DNA of 64,000 bases from Tubulanus polymorphus (GCF_964204645.1 NC_134032.1:15674275-15738274), one strand, 5' to 3'. Numbered from the stretch's first letter, positions 11,901 through 25,309 are shown. Notes: generated by a model from the letters alone, not told the origin. Translations and numbers: made by a program.

Positions 11901-12680
11901 ATTCCGGGTCCTAAGCTGACGAATTTTGCTCTTGAAAAAGGTTATTTTTTGATTTCTATTTTCTTCGACTAAAATGCGGATTTATACACTAAACCAACCC
12001 CCAAGTGATAAAGATCGATCTTATTGGTTGATTCCAAATGATTTTAGCTCATTTGCATTGATAGACAGGTTTTATGAATGATTTTACTACGCTATGTCAA
12101 AACGCGTAGTAAAAACGCGCATCACACTTTTCCTAATCAATAATGGTCGTCACAATCGATAGTGGCGCCCCGCGCGGACATGAACATACCTAGACAAGAC
12201 TTAAAAGTTCCAACATACTAACATCGATTTCACTTAGGTTCACACGTAGTCGATTAACTGAACCCACGTTTGCCCTGATAGCATCAAAAGCGAATGCTAT
12301 TTAACCTTGGCCTGACGCAATATGGCCGCCCATTTGACCTTGGCAAACAATAAATATGGCCGCCCGTCTGGAGACATGGCTAAAAATTTTCCACCAGCAA
12401 ATGTATTAAAATGATAAATCATGACCAAGTATATGTGATATCTAATCATTACTAACTGGAGCTAGGAGCTGATCTAATGTGTTTTTCATCAGTTTTAGTT
12501 AATCATATCATTCATATTTAATTAGGCCTCTATACATCTGTATGATACTTACGATAACAGCGTACTTTTTCTGCTATAATTTTCACGTCTTCTCAAATAA
12601 AGTTCTGTGAAACGAATGATTCGATAAGCTGACCGCTGGTCACTGTCCAGTGACCAGCACCAGCCTCAACCAATCAACAC
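7795..12680. repeat. Dispersed inverted repeat pair: three degenerate tandem copies at ~7795-8225 and an inverted copy at ~12600-12680
   Basis: GTTGAGGCTGGTGCTGGTCACTGGAC..TGACCAGCGGTCAG..TCG..TCATTCGTT at ~7992-8060 matches the reverse complement of 12600-12670. Confidence 0.6.
9450..9769. mobile_element. Penelope-like terminal-repeat fragment in inverted arrangement, with 14-bp target-site duplication
   Basis: Arms ~9483-9605 and ~9645-9765 are reverse complements, each with a CTGACGA/CCGACGA..GAAACGTC/T hammerhead-type motif. TGGCAGAAACTAGT is directly repeated at 9436-9449 and 9770-9783. Confidence 0.7.
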
Positions 12681-14291
12681 GCGTATTCATACATTTCCCA
12701 TTCAAAACCAGAAATGCAGATCACCAAAGCGGAAGTAGTACCTGTAGACTGGTTACCGGTCTGTAGGTGGCGCAGAATTTTACTAGACTGGTTACCTGTC
12801 CCATTCTAATAGACTTCATCCACCTTCCGCGGGTTTTACAGATCCAATCAGATTTCAGTATTTCATCACGTGAACAATGTAACATGGCCGCCTACATTGT
12901 GTCTCGATTTACGTTCCATGGACCTCTTTAAAGTCATTTTTTATACCAATGAAGAAAGAAATTCCATTAAAACTGCCAGGTAACGCTTCTGCAGGCTTTT
13001 GTTAAGCGTGTGGTACCAAAAATATCGGTATTCAATTCAGGATGGCTGCGTGACAGCGCCGTCAAAATCTACCGGTCGTCAAACAGCAATTTGGACTGTA
13101 GTGCCGTGGATGGAAACAACAATACATACAATACTAACTATACCACTACTGACATACTGAACCTTGCAGCAGAGGCTACTTGTTTGTTCACTCGAGGCGA
13201 TTGATTGATTGTTCTTAATGTGACGTTGGACATCAGCAGTTGATCCAGTGAAAATAATGACATCAACAAGGTAACTTCACCTACTACTTACTTCGTAAAA
13301 ATGTGAACATTGAATATGAGTGCTATTTCACAAACACTATATTGATTATCTTTTGTAGATTATTGTGAGCGTTTTAGTGATGATTTTGTGAGTCACAACT
13401 CGTAGGATGTTTTAAGAAATTGAAGTAATGCGTATCAAATTAGCTCAACTTAAAAGAATAGATTGCAATGCATCAAGGTAAGTTTGAAAAATGGATTCTG
13501 AACCATTAATTTGTAAAATCAATCCAGGTTTAATTGTAAGTTTGATATGTGTTTTAATTTCAGAATGATAACATCATGCAGTAATTGAAGAGAATAAAGA
13601 ATCAGCACTAGCTGTCATGAAATGAGATTCCAAATAACAGGCGGTGAAACTCCTTGATTCTGATAAACTCGTCATCATCAGTTACATCAGCAAGCGCCGC
13701 TGCGCCAAGATGTTGTGTACTGTATTTCTCCACTGCTCACGATCTGCTAAACTGATGAGGTTAGCGAGCCTTCTATTTGAATTGTGATTGGATTATCTGT
13801 CTGGTCGAGACATGGTCTTTATGATTCTAAAGACACTATCATTCAAATCAGGGATATCAGGATCGTCCCAATTTGTCGATGAAAAAAAAACTACTGTTCT
13901 ATGTCATGAAATACGTAGTGTCATTGTTTATTCTCTTGTCAGGGGCTGAACAAGATTTTGTACCAGAAGTGAACAATAAATATTGAATTCAGTGAAAAAT
14001 AATTGGTCGTGATGAATTTTATAATCGATTTCTAGCAAAGTCAACATTGACATTGTGTGGTCCATGAGGAGAGAGGATATTGCGAATTTCCAGTGTGATC
14101 TGAGTATCTTGTCTTGACCAAGTCTCTTAATTTGACTGTCCCAACTTGCTATCTGTATCAGGAAATCAGTAGGCTGAGGTGGATCCAAATATCTGATCTA
14201 ACAAAGCACTAAGGAGTTCAGCAATTGTAAACTTTATTCAGATACTAAATATAGTCATTTTACAACACTGTATTAAAACATCAATTCACTA

Positions 14292-15043
14292 CTCGTTTGA
14301 TGGCGCTATTCAGAACCGGAAATTGTAACCTAAATCCGCCATGTTCTAGTTCATTTGCGATAAAAATCTCTCGTTTCAAGTTTTTAGTTGGCGATATTTT
14401 ACTTACTATACATAAGCACGCACAATCCTTTAAGTATGATATCTTGGCAATGTGTTGAATTCGATAAAACCTCACTTTGAACGCTAAAGATCACTAGAAA
14501 TGTGAAAAAACTACCAAAAATCACAAATTTAGCGATGACGCTCGAAGCAGCTAACGGAAGTAATGACTGGTGCCGGGTGTCATCACTTTGTTGTTGAGTT
14601 CAAGACTCTAAGGTGAATTCATTGCAGGCTACACCATAAATATGAAATAATATTACGAAATAAAATTGATGTTAGAAGGACTACACTCGTAGATTCATAA
14701 TAAAAATATGAAAACTACAAGGACTCGAACCAACAATCGAAATTGGGCCGTCAAGTGCTGCCACCATGTGATACCTGGCAACCAGTCTTCACATCTTCAG
14801 CCGTTGCAAAATGTTTTTTAATAATTTTAGGACACTTATAGTGATTTCTAGCCTTTGCAGTGAGGTTTTATCATATCCAACGTAACGGTAGGATAACATA
14901 TTAAAAGGATTACACGTAACGATGTATAGTAAGTAAAATATCGCTTATTGAAAACTTGAAGCGAGAGATTTTCATTGCCAATGAACTAGAGCATGGAGGA
15001 TTTAGGTTCCAATTTCCGGTTCTGACTAGCGCCATCAAACGAG
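14292..15043. mobile_element. Non-autonomous DNA transposon (MITE) with ~200-bp terminal inverted repeats and TA flanks
   Basis: Starts CTCGTTTGATGGCGCTA..AGAACCGGAAATTG and ends CAATTTCCGGTTCT..TAGCGCCATCAAACGAG; TA on both sides (14290-14291, 15044-15045). Confidence 0.85.
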
Positions 15044-15121
15044 TAATTCAAGAACTTGAATTTGTCGATATCCCGTATTGAAGATAAAGACCGGCAACCA
15101 GTCTATTACTTACAATTGATC

Positions 15122-15192
15122 ACCCTCGCTTGCCAGGGTCTAATTGCCGCTCGCCGGAGCTCATGCCATTTCAGTCCCTGGCCGCAAACCCC
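15122..15192 (+). repeat. Unclassified dispersed repeat (CCTCGCTTGCCAGGG...CCCTGGC.GCAAACCC)
   Basis: Similar copies at ~50851-50925 and ~52623-52693; the bare CCTCGCTTGCCA motif recurs at ~38500, ~52231, ~52253 and inverted at ~48959, ~50237. Confidence 0.7.
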
Positions 15193-16257
15193 TTATTGGT
15201 CTATGCAACTTGATGCGTTGCTGGAAGTTGAAGGATTCGTGTGCGTTGCTGGAAGTTGGAGGATTCGTGTGCGTTGCTGGTGCTTGGAGAACTATTATGC
15301 GTGCATGTTTAGTTCTAAGTCAGTTTTTTTTCAATTCTTGTGAATTCTTAAGAAATTTAATCAAGAAATTTGATATTCGTTTAATATGTATTGTGTTCCT
15401 TCGATTTACTGATGTTGTTAACCTTGTTCACCCTGTTGACGCCCTGTTCATCCTATCCTCTATTCAGCATCAGGACCACTCTAAATCAGCATCAGTTATT
15501 TCTGGGTTCGAACCCAGAAAACGCCTGTACATCCTCTATACAACATCAGGACCACTCGGAATCAGCATCAGTAATTACTGAGTTCGAACCCGGGACACCC
15601 CTGTGCATCCTCTATACAGCATCAGGACCACTCTGCATCATTACTTATTATATTTAAAAAACCAGTTCTATTTTTTTATTCCGGTAGATGGCATATTTGA
15701 CAATGTGGTCAATATCGATTACTGTTGTCAAGCATAGAATTTCTGTTTGTAGTTCAGTGAAATTCTAATAGATGGAGCAAATAGAGAATCATCATCCAAA
15801 AGTGGCAAGTGGGTTCGAGTCATACTGGCTGCTTACGGTGTTCGGGCAACACTTCAAAGGCTGAGGTCCCGTCGTGAGGTTAAATGAATGAACCATTCGA
15901 GCTAGTTGGGAAACCAACACCCACACGAAGTAAAGCCAAACAAACAACGATGTCAGTAATACTAGAACATACTCGACGCATTTTTTAACATTTCAACGAA
16001 AAACAAAACATGAATGTCCATCACTTTTGGTAACGGCTCATAGAATAGAAGCCTTACAAACAAAACAAAACAAACATCCACAATTACCCGGTTCGAACCT
16101 AAATACATCATCTATTCAGCATCAGGCTTCGAACCCGTGACATCTCTGTACATCATCAGCACCACTCTGAATCGGTTTCGTAACTCTCCGTGTAACAGGT
16201 TCCCGTTAAACGGTGTCACGGTTCTAAAATCGAATCAAATTAAAATTGGTTTTATGT

Positions 16258-19200
16258 TCACGTGATACTCCGTAGCCGCGACCTTGGCATTGGACTGATG
16301 GTGCCCTGTTGTAGATGTTGTTGTTGTTGTTGAGAGTCGTTGTCTTTACGCTTCCAACGGACGACGTTTAACGCGTATAAATGCCACTTGTCCGGTATCA
16401 TCACCAACACGTATGAGATGACGATGAGAACAATAGCCGATACTCGCATCGGTTTCTCAAGCGCTTTACCGTGTTCGGTGCTCCCTTTCTGCCAGATCGA
16501 TTCGGCTACTTTAGAATAGAAATAAATAAATCATTACAATATTTATTTTACTTACATTTCACACTAGTTTTTTAAATATTTTGTATTCTTATTCAACTAT
16601 GTAACTTCTTATTATAATTTAAATCGTAGATAAGATATTATTATCATTATTATTATTATTATTATCGATATAAAATGGTAAGTACAGTAGACTCCGTCCG
16701 AGTCGGATAACCGTTCAACTCGCCGATGCTTGTCGTAATATTTTTGTGGGAACACTTGTCTAGAAATACATAACATCCGACTCGGATATCGGTCCCGATA
16801 TGATCCGACTTGAGCGGAGTCCAAATACAAAAGTGACCGTCTAATTCTATAAGAAGACAAAACCCACAGGATGTTCCGGAGGAGGGGACGATCATACTTA
16901 CTAGCTGAGAATGGTATCGCCAACAGTAAACCGATGTTTATGAATACCTGATAAGTATATTTCAGTCCCAAATGAGTCAGCATTACAAAAACTACAAGAG
17001 CAAAACAAACACGATATTAAATTTGCAGGGATATTATACGAATGCATTATGTGCCTTGATTTTCGTAAGTAAAAAAAGGTTTTATCCCGAGTTTGTAACT
17101 TGGAATAAACCTCAACATCTTTTTAGTGAATAATATGTCCCCAGGACGCCAACTATTATTCCTGATATGTCATTAAGAATTGCTGAACGCCCTAGGCGCG
17201 CACATACCGATCGATGATACCGATGTACCAGTAAGGTAATACCAAAACGTCACGTTCCGGAAGTTCAGCGGTTCGGCGTTCGTGAAATATAAAATCGTTA
17301 ATAACGGCCACATCGTTACAATGTTGAATACGGCTGGAATAAAAAAAAACCAGATACATTCATATATTGCTGATACACGAGCAGATAATACCAGAGGAAG
17401 ACCCATGGGATCCGCGGCCTCGGAACTCGAAACGTTTCGATTCACTGGCCGTGGATTTAGTTGGAGCAAATTTTTAGAATTGATATCGTGTTTTGTGTTT
17501 TATTTTGTTCTAGTATGTGCAAATTAGGCTCCACCGCGGCCAGGGCCCAGTTGCACAGTCGTGACTTACGTCCAAAAGTGGTCTTAAATCTTAGGACTGG
17601 TCTTAAGTTTAATTTAGTTGGTCTTAGACAAGTCTTAAATCTAAGCCATGACTATGAAACTGGCCCCAGGAGTCTAACGTTAACATCAGGTTCAAATTAT
17701 TTGGATGACGCGTCTTCTAGGGCAGGGCCCAGTAGCACGGTCATTGGCCTATACCTAAGACCAGTCTAAGACCATCTTAGTTCTACAGCCCAACTTACAA
17801 CTTAAAACCAGTCTTAAGATTTAAGACCATTCACTTTTTGACTCACTTTTTGACTTACGTAAATCACGACTGTGCAACTGGGCTCAGTGGTTTGTACTGT
17901 GGTAGAGTCTGGCGATGTAGCCACCGAGGTCGAACCCGGCCCCTGCTCAGGTAAGATGAGGTCAGATTAAACTTACCGATACACGATAAGAAGAGCATTA
18001 GTTGTACGTTTGAAGCGTCGCCCATTAGTCGCTTAAAGAGAACCTAGCGTAAATTGAATTAAAAAAAACATCACGAATGTAAGTTTCAGAAGTATCGGAC
18101 GTCTATTCTTCATAAATCAGAGACTCTCTTACTACACGTTATATCATTTACGCCCTGCTCCCCCCCCCCTCCCCCACTGAGTACACACACCTTGATGGTT
18201 GCTGAACCAGCAGTTCCTGTAACGGCCATTACTACCCCACCCATAGATGTCGCTGGTACCAAACCGTCCAAATACGCCATCAATACCACTCCACTGATAG
18301 AAAATATCACGGCGACTATCTGTAAATGAAAACATAGTATCAGATATATCAGAGAGCTTGACGGGGAGTGTGAGAGACGGGGAGAGGGGAGAGGGGAGAG
18401 GGGAGAAGAGAGGGGTGGTACTCTTGCAAGCAGCATTAATTAAGAAAGATTCCGGATTCTGTGTGAAATTGATTTCTGTCGATTTTGTATCGAATGACAA
18501 ATTGTTCCATTAGACAATTCCAAATATTTTGCTACATTACGTTCGGTTACTATAGCAACAGCAAAACGCGGGTAAATATTATTACATCCGCGTCGGCGTT
18601 ATACCGGTCGCGGTAGGCCGGGTGTGCGCGCCGGTGTGTACGCCCGTGTGCGTCGACGTGGCTTCAATTACGCGGTCATCATTTATTGAAACAAAAACTA
18701 AAGCGGCGATAAACTAACGTCTTATCGGACCGGTACCATGGCAACGAGAAATTAATAAACAGCGGTGCGTATGTAGGCGAACTGACTGAGAGGGGTGAAC
18801 TGAGGGGGGCAGGGGGTGAACTGAAGGGGGCAGGGGGTGAACTGAGGGGGAAGGGGGTGAACTGAGGGGGGCAGGGGGTAAACTGAGGGGGCAGGGGGTA
18901 AACTGAGGGGGAGGGGTGGAGGGGAATTGAAGGCTGCTGGGGAGAGCGAACTTGGGATAGAGCGGAACATGGCTGACGCTGGAAGTAAAGGCAAAATCAA
19001 TTCAATTTCAATTGAGTTAATCGATCAGTCTATAAAAACCGGCCCCAGCTAGATAGGTTTTAATACTGACCCGTATAGCGAGGAATTTTTTCTGTAGTAT
19101 AATCCAACTGAGCAGATACACAAAACTAGGACTGCAGATGTAGAGTATAATGACGTCGAGCGGTATGATTATAGTTAAAGCTCGTATGAACAAATAATTC

Positions 19201-22200
19201 GAAACAAACCATAAAAACGTGAACAGACTACAGCGAAATAGAATGGTCTTACTGCGCAGGCGCAGATCGGCCGGTCCGAATAATTTCATATCCTCCCTAG
19301 AAAAAGAAAAAATCATGAACCATTTTAAACATTTATCGGATGATGAAACGTTTTAGTTTATAACAAATCGGATCGATAGGTTTTAGATATAGACAAAAAG
19401 TACACAATATTGCGACACAGGGATAAACAGAGTGATCGCTTACCTTGTCGCTGTATTGTGTATCGTTATAACTGAACAATAAATCATATTTTGAAAATGG
19501 CTCGTAGAATTGAAAGTTGAAACATTTTAAACTGAATCTCTTAGACGTAGGGTAATGTCTATTTCAACTTGACTTGAGAGCATTCCTGGTGGCCCAGTTC
19601 GGTCGGTTTTGGTGGTACATACCCGATAAAGGTCAAGTTGAAATAGACATTAGTTACCTTGTCGCTATATCGTTATTACTGTATAATAAATCATATTTTG
19701 AAAATGGCTCAAAGAATTGAGAGTTGAGACGTTAAAACTATCTATTAATTTTTTCTTCTAATTGTGGGTTTATCAATCAGCCACTTGTCCACGGAAACCA
19801 AAGTAGATAAAGACACAAGTAGGTATTCAATGATATCGATGATAATCATAAGATAAAACATTATGCTATAACACAGTAGTTATCATAATCTTTATCATCG
19901 AAATCTCTGCGATTTTTAAAAATGAAATTTTCCTGAGCAAATTACGCACTCTCGATTTAACCTCAATCCAACTCCATTAGCTTCAGGTAGGTTATAAATA
20001 AAGTTTATCTAATATTAAATATAGCCGCGAACCATTTTCAAATTCAGCCGCGGATTTAAACTCGCTTTGAACTGTTACAATGTCTAGCGGTCTATGTTGT
20101 GTGTATTGTATTGTGCCAGTAGATTAAATCTAATAGCGCGAATAAACGGTTACCTGGGAATTCTATCTTTGCCGATTAAAGAAGGGCTGGGCCGACGTAA
20201 CCGGATTGGTATTAATACATTATCATGTACACGCGTAACACCGCGTGCAAACTTTATGATGATAATAATTTATTTATTTAGTTTATTTTCTAACAGTATC
20301 GATGTTAATTCTAAACGTCATCTTCAGAGGAAACTCTGAAATTCTGGTTCCTCTGAAGATGACGTTAAGAATTAACTTCGAAATTGTTAGGAAGTAAACT
20401 GTTTCTACAAGATCTACTGGGTTTTTTATTCGATGACTGGGTTATACTGGACTAGACTATTGAACTATACTGGACTGGACTGGACTGGACTGGACTAGAC
20501 TATTGGACTATACTGGTCTGAATGCTACTGGAATATACAGGACTGGGCTATACTGGACTGGACTATTGGACTATACTGGACTAGACTGGACTATACTGGA
20601 CTAGACTATTGGACTATACTGGACTAGACTATTGGACTATACTGGACTAGACTATTGGACCACTGGTCTGAACGCTACTGGAATATACAGGACTAGACTA
20701 TACTGGGCCGGACTATTGGATTATAGTGGACTGGACTGGACTGGACTGGACTGGACTGGACTAGACTGGACTGGACTATACTTACTGGACTATATCCCTT
20801 ATCGACAGTTGACCTCGTTTGTAGATCCAGCGTGCACCTGCTGATAGCGGGTAAAATACGACCATCCCCGACAAGGAAAAATATACGATAAAAAATGGAG
20901 CCATACAGTCCGTTTCAATAAACGTGAGCCACATGAATTGTGTTGACGAGACTAGAGTTATTCCGATTACGATCATAAATATTCCTCCCAGAATGCACCG
21001 CTGTATCCGGTCGGTGACGCAGTATTTCGCGGCCGATGATGACCCCCACAATGGAGGTTCGGAGGTCCCATCTGTGGAAGATAAAAACGAAAGAAAAATA
21101 AATTCGGTGATCGTCATCAAATACTTTGAACCGTAATAGAACTAGGCCTTCTCTGTACGCGTGCGCTCACTTCTCTCATACGAACCAAAGTTTGTATGTT
21201 TTTATTTTTTTATTCATTTTTTTTAAATTTTTTCAATTTTGATTCTAATTTTTTTTTTTTGGATTTCGTATGAATATTAATCGTGAACCAAAATAAAAGT
21301 CCATCCATTCAAACCATCAAAGAACATGTCTGAACGCGCGCGTTTAAACGATAATTTTCAATCGAGTAACCCCTTATACAGAGTAAAGAACAACGAATTG
21401 TTGTTATCTAGTTCCGGATTGTGATGATGTTCGTTTAGACGTTTTATTTGTTCATGAAGATCACTTTAAGAAAGAAAGTAGGAAACATTTGGGACACCTG
21501 ACGCTGATCTCTAGTGTGAGATCGAAACGTCGTGTTTTTACATTTTAGAAATAAATTCTCGATTTTAAATTCTTTTAACATTGTACATAGTGGGTTTTTA
21601 TCCTATTATTTAGGAGTGTTTTTCTTATTTTTTTCTGTAGTGTATGAGAGGCTATTCGAAATTTCTCAGATTCCGTTGAAGAGAGAACGAGAGACTAAAG
21701 AGTTCTCGGTGAAGGTTTAGAGATAGGCGTGGTGTAAGTGTCACTACTAAAGTGGCGGTCTTCAAACGCGTACACAGGAAGCCTTGACGGGCAATCCTCA
21801 TCAGTAACTATGGTTACAGAAATTGTCGGATTGACGAAAGTCCTGTTGCTATTAATAAATCGTCTTGATATAAAATTGCTTCTGGTATAAAATTATTTGA
21901 AATTATCGACTTTCAACAATGCGAGGAACGACTTTTCGAGCAGTCCCGATTTAGGTATAAATGAATCGATAATCTGTGCTGGTCCTTTAAAGATCTGTAT
22001 CAGGTATCTCCCACTAAAACTGATCGAGCTATCAATTTACGAAAAAAAATGAATAAGAAATCTATGTTTTAGTTAGGCTGCCCGTCAAAAATCATGTCGG
22101 TCATCTTTTCAACACCTGTATAATCTACCAGTACTCCACCAGAACTGATTATTAGGTTATTGTTCGAAATTTAAACAGAATTTTCCGCGCAAAATGAACA

Positions 22201-22703
22201 CGCAGATGATCCGACGATTAGCTTAAAAACGAAACGAAATGTAACCAGAAAAAAGGTTTGAACTATCGAGTGAAAATATATATTCGATTATCAAAATCCA
22301 TGATCTAAGACATTCTGCGCATGATTGTACAACCAGGATGGCCGAGTGGTTAAGGCGTTGGACTTAAGTTCCAATGGACGAATGTCCGCGTGGGTTCGAA
22401 CCCCACTCCTGGTAGATATTTTAACTGTGTCCCTAATGTAAAAATCATTTTACCTTCTTTTGTAACGGAAACTTGTGAGGTCGGTCTCGAATATAACAAA
22501 TCGGTCCTCGATTTTTGGACTTGTGATTTTGGCTTGGCTCCAACAACTGCAGCAGTTGTGTGGCCCGAAACCGCGTCGGCATCTGTGGTCACAATAGCCG
22601 GTATAGCGGGAGAAAACCGGGTCGGACTTCGGCCGTTACGAAAATCCACGAAGTTGCTCATCATGAATATATCCCTGTTCGAAGAGGCGCTTGATTTTGA
22701 CAT
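16258..22703 (-). CDS. SLC35F3: SLC35F3/SLC35F4-like solute carrier (putative thiamine transporter, DMT superfamily), 474 aa, 8 exons
   Basis: Exons 22454-22703, 20786-21071, 19071-19296, 18191-18319, 17977-18043, 17208-17333, 16902-16991, 16258-16508; all GT-AG and in phase (1425 nt). Multi-TM protein with APFFIVYF, LWFVSNYLFIRAL, SFVYLLSWIIL, IVAVIFSISGVVLMAY, KVLFKRLMG, IGLLLAIPFSA motifs. F3 versus F4 orthology cannot be resolved. Confidence 0.9.
17544..17666. mobile_element. PIF/Harbinger-like MITE with CAG target duplication
   Basis: Ends GGCCCAGTT / AACTGGCCC, internally palindromic, CAG on both sides. Confidence 0.7.
17726..17884. mobile_element. PIF/Harbinger-like MITE with CAG target duplication
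   Basis: Ends GGCCCAGTAGCAC / GTGCAACTGGGCT, CAG on both sides. Relatives at ~29853-29978, ~32074-32203, ~34198-34315, ~36340-36467. Confidence 0.7.
18785..18925. repeat. G-rich 21-bp minisatellite (AACTGAGGGGGCAGGGGGTG-like)
   Basis: About 6 copies in SLC35F intron 3. Confidence 0.9.
20436..20792. repeat. (GGACT/AGACT)n degenerate microsatellite
   Basis: ACTGG/ACTAG/ACTAT pentamers running up to the SLC35F exon 2 donor. Confidence 0.9.
22332..22414 (+). tRNA. trnL-TAA: tRNA-Leu (anticodon TAA)
   Basis: 83-nt cloverleaf: acceptor ACCAGGA/TCCTGGT, A-box TGGCCGAGTGG, anticodon arm TTGGA-CTTAAGT-TCCAA, long variable arm, T-loop GTTCGAAC, TTTT terminator downstream. Confidence 0.97.
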
Positions 22704-23835
22704 GCTGCCGTGATCCCTTCTCGAAGCCAACGTCGACTCGCGCCTCTAAGACGACATCGACTATAAATTAACTTGACGTCACAAGGCCGTCCGTCCGTCC
22801 GTCCGGGACTTTTAGGTAAACACTTTTTACGACAAATCGAACTACAAAATCGATTAGGCCAACTTCCGCACATCGAAACAAAAACAGACGTATAAAATCA
22901 TTTTCAAAACCGACCGGAAATTAATAACAGGTGCGAGAATAACTCCGCGGTTGTCGTGGTGACCGTTTAAAACGGTTCGAATTGTTGAGATTTTAATGCC
23001 TTCAAAATCGACACGAATTTCTATGATTTCTGCTTCGTTGAGACAGTTCCAGCTGTGTGCTTCTGCTCGGTTTAGTGTTCGACAGTTTATTATCGTTTCC
23101 TCTCGTTTGACAGACGAGAATAATTAATCCGCGGGATAAATACCTGTTTCCCGGTAAGCGATCGATCAGCTGCTGCTGCTGCTACCGCATTGGTGTGATC
23201 CGCGGCATCAATCACCTAAACCCTGGCTCGTCGGTAGGCCTACGTACGACTCTAATTCTACATCCAGATAAAACGATGACTGGCTGTGGCTCTGTGATAC
23301 CGCTGCTGCTGCTGCCGCCGCCGCCGCTGCTGCTGCTGCTGCTGCTGTTGTTCGCTGATTATTGAAACAAATTTTGTCAAGTGCAGATCAATTATCGCTA
23401 CGGGACAGGACTCAATAGCGGCGACAAAACCGATCACAATTAATGAGTTCACGCACTGTGTCTGGCTGTCTGCCTGTACTGCGCTAGTTTTAATCAACCT
23501 GTCTCTCTCTCTCTAATCACAGTGAATGTAGATGGAAGTCGGAAACAAGCCGTGCAGGTTCCAAGTAGTGTCTCCCGTTAAAATTCAACACGTTTATGGT
23601 TAAATCATTGAAAATGAACTTATTTCTAAGTTAACTGGTTAAGGGCCAATAGAATTTGATAAAACCGTTTGGTTCGGTTTGCGATACTGGATCGGGTCAA
23701 TCGATGTGGAACGCTCATAACAAGAACATGAAAGGATGATTTTTACCAGAAAAAGAAGCTTGAATTCTATCGAGTGAAAATATGAATTCGATTATCAAAA
23801 TTCATAATCTGAGACATTGTGCACGTTACTGTACA

Positions 23836-23918
23836 ACCAGGATGGCCGAGTGGTTAAGGCGTTGGACTTAAGTTCCAATGGACGAATGTCCGCGTGGGTT
23901 CGAACCCCACTCCTGGTA
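23836..23918 (+). tRNA. trnL-TAA: tRNA-Leu (anticodon TAA), identical second copy
   Basis: Same sequence as 22332-22414, followed by a TTTT terminator. Confidence 0.97.
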
Positions 23919-25309
23919 GAGCTTTTACACATTTTCTTTCGGGACTGTAGATCTTTTTTTGAGAAATTGGACCCTAGGGGTTAACTTAATTACCAAGGAG
24001 AATGACAGAGGGCGTGACCATAATATCCGGAAAGACTGGATACACCCATCATTACAATACAGCGACTACAGATTATAACAATGCTGGTGATAATAGTAAC
24101 TTGATATACGACCTTGCTAATTGAAAATGTATAGACTTACTTCTACACCCCCTCCCCTCCCGCAATTATCAACTTCCATCCACAGCTCCAATGTCTGTTG
24201 GCCATAGTTCAAGAAAATAACTACTTGAAAAGAACGACCTGGAGAAAAAGACCACTCGGAATCAGAGCAATGACCCAACGGATAACGGCCCAACGTAAAT
24301 TAGTAACTAAAGGGAAATATTTTACTACTCGATCTCAATCAAAAGTGCGGGATTTTGGCACCGTCAGTATTTGGGGGCAGATCCAGTGACCACTGACTTG
24401 TACAAGTCCATGGCAAGTGCTCATTTCACTGCCGAGGTTGCGTCTATACATATTGCCTCTTTGGGCATCAAATATTGCGTCCTTAGGGCGTGACAAGTTC
24501 ATCACACCCCCGGCTTCAACCAACCGAGAAAAGGTGGATTCGGAGAAGATGGCGCAAGCGTACTTCGAACTATTCTCACCTGAATCTAGACGGTTATTAT
24601 TTTTTCCGATTCTGCAGTGGTCCTCGATATGTTGCGCATATAAGTTGAAGGTCACTTGCCAGCGGTCGTCTGGTCGTTGCTATGGTTACCGGATAACACT
24701 TCTACGATTATGCCTTGCTTGTTGTTAATCAGACGTGGGGATGGGAATCTAAGCTAATTACATCTCGATGAAGAGACTATCGCCGTGTAATTAGTTTGAG
24801 AAAGTAATTAATTGATTAATTAGTCGGAGTCACGTGATACGTATCACGTAAGAATAGCGTATTTATAGACAGGTAGCGATCCCCTTGGGTTACTTTTCGG
24901 CGATCAGTTTTTGGATGTTAATAAAATTCAATTTTTAATCCATTTAAATTAAGAATCTGTTAGTTAAGCACTGAACACGCGTGAAGTGTGGACGATCAGT
25001 TTTTGAAAGTGAGCTGATAAAATGTCTAATATCTGGTGTTTGTAGTTCATTTTCGATTGAAAATGTCTTTGGTGAAGTTCTGAACACGCGTGAAGTGTGG
25101 ACAATCAGTTTTTGAAAGCGCGCTGATAAAACCTGTCTTCGTTCACCTCATTTGCATATTTGCATATTTAATCAATTCACTACAAAATCACTAGATCTAT
25201 TTCAATAACATTTTATTGACACATGTAACATCAACAGCAACGAAAACAGAAAACATTATTTTTAACAAGAAAGAATATTTCAAGACTCAGTTCCACAGAG
25301 CTGAGGTTC

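Noticed and set aside
12880-13760. Plus-strand exon-like segments with good splice sites (e.g. ~13359-13477)
   Set aside because: Stops in the plausible frames and no consistent ORF; at most a decayed gene or non-coding transcript.
16662-16846. In-frame alternative last exon of SLC35F
   Set aside because: Needs a 55-nt intron and lacks the final TM helix that exon 16258-16508 supplies.
24198-24728. Overlapping ~100-aa ORFs on both strands near an X-box-like GTTGCTATGGTTAC
   Set aside because: Non-ATG starts, no recognisable homology, no coherent exon chain; X-box-like palindromes recur throughout the window.
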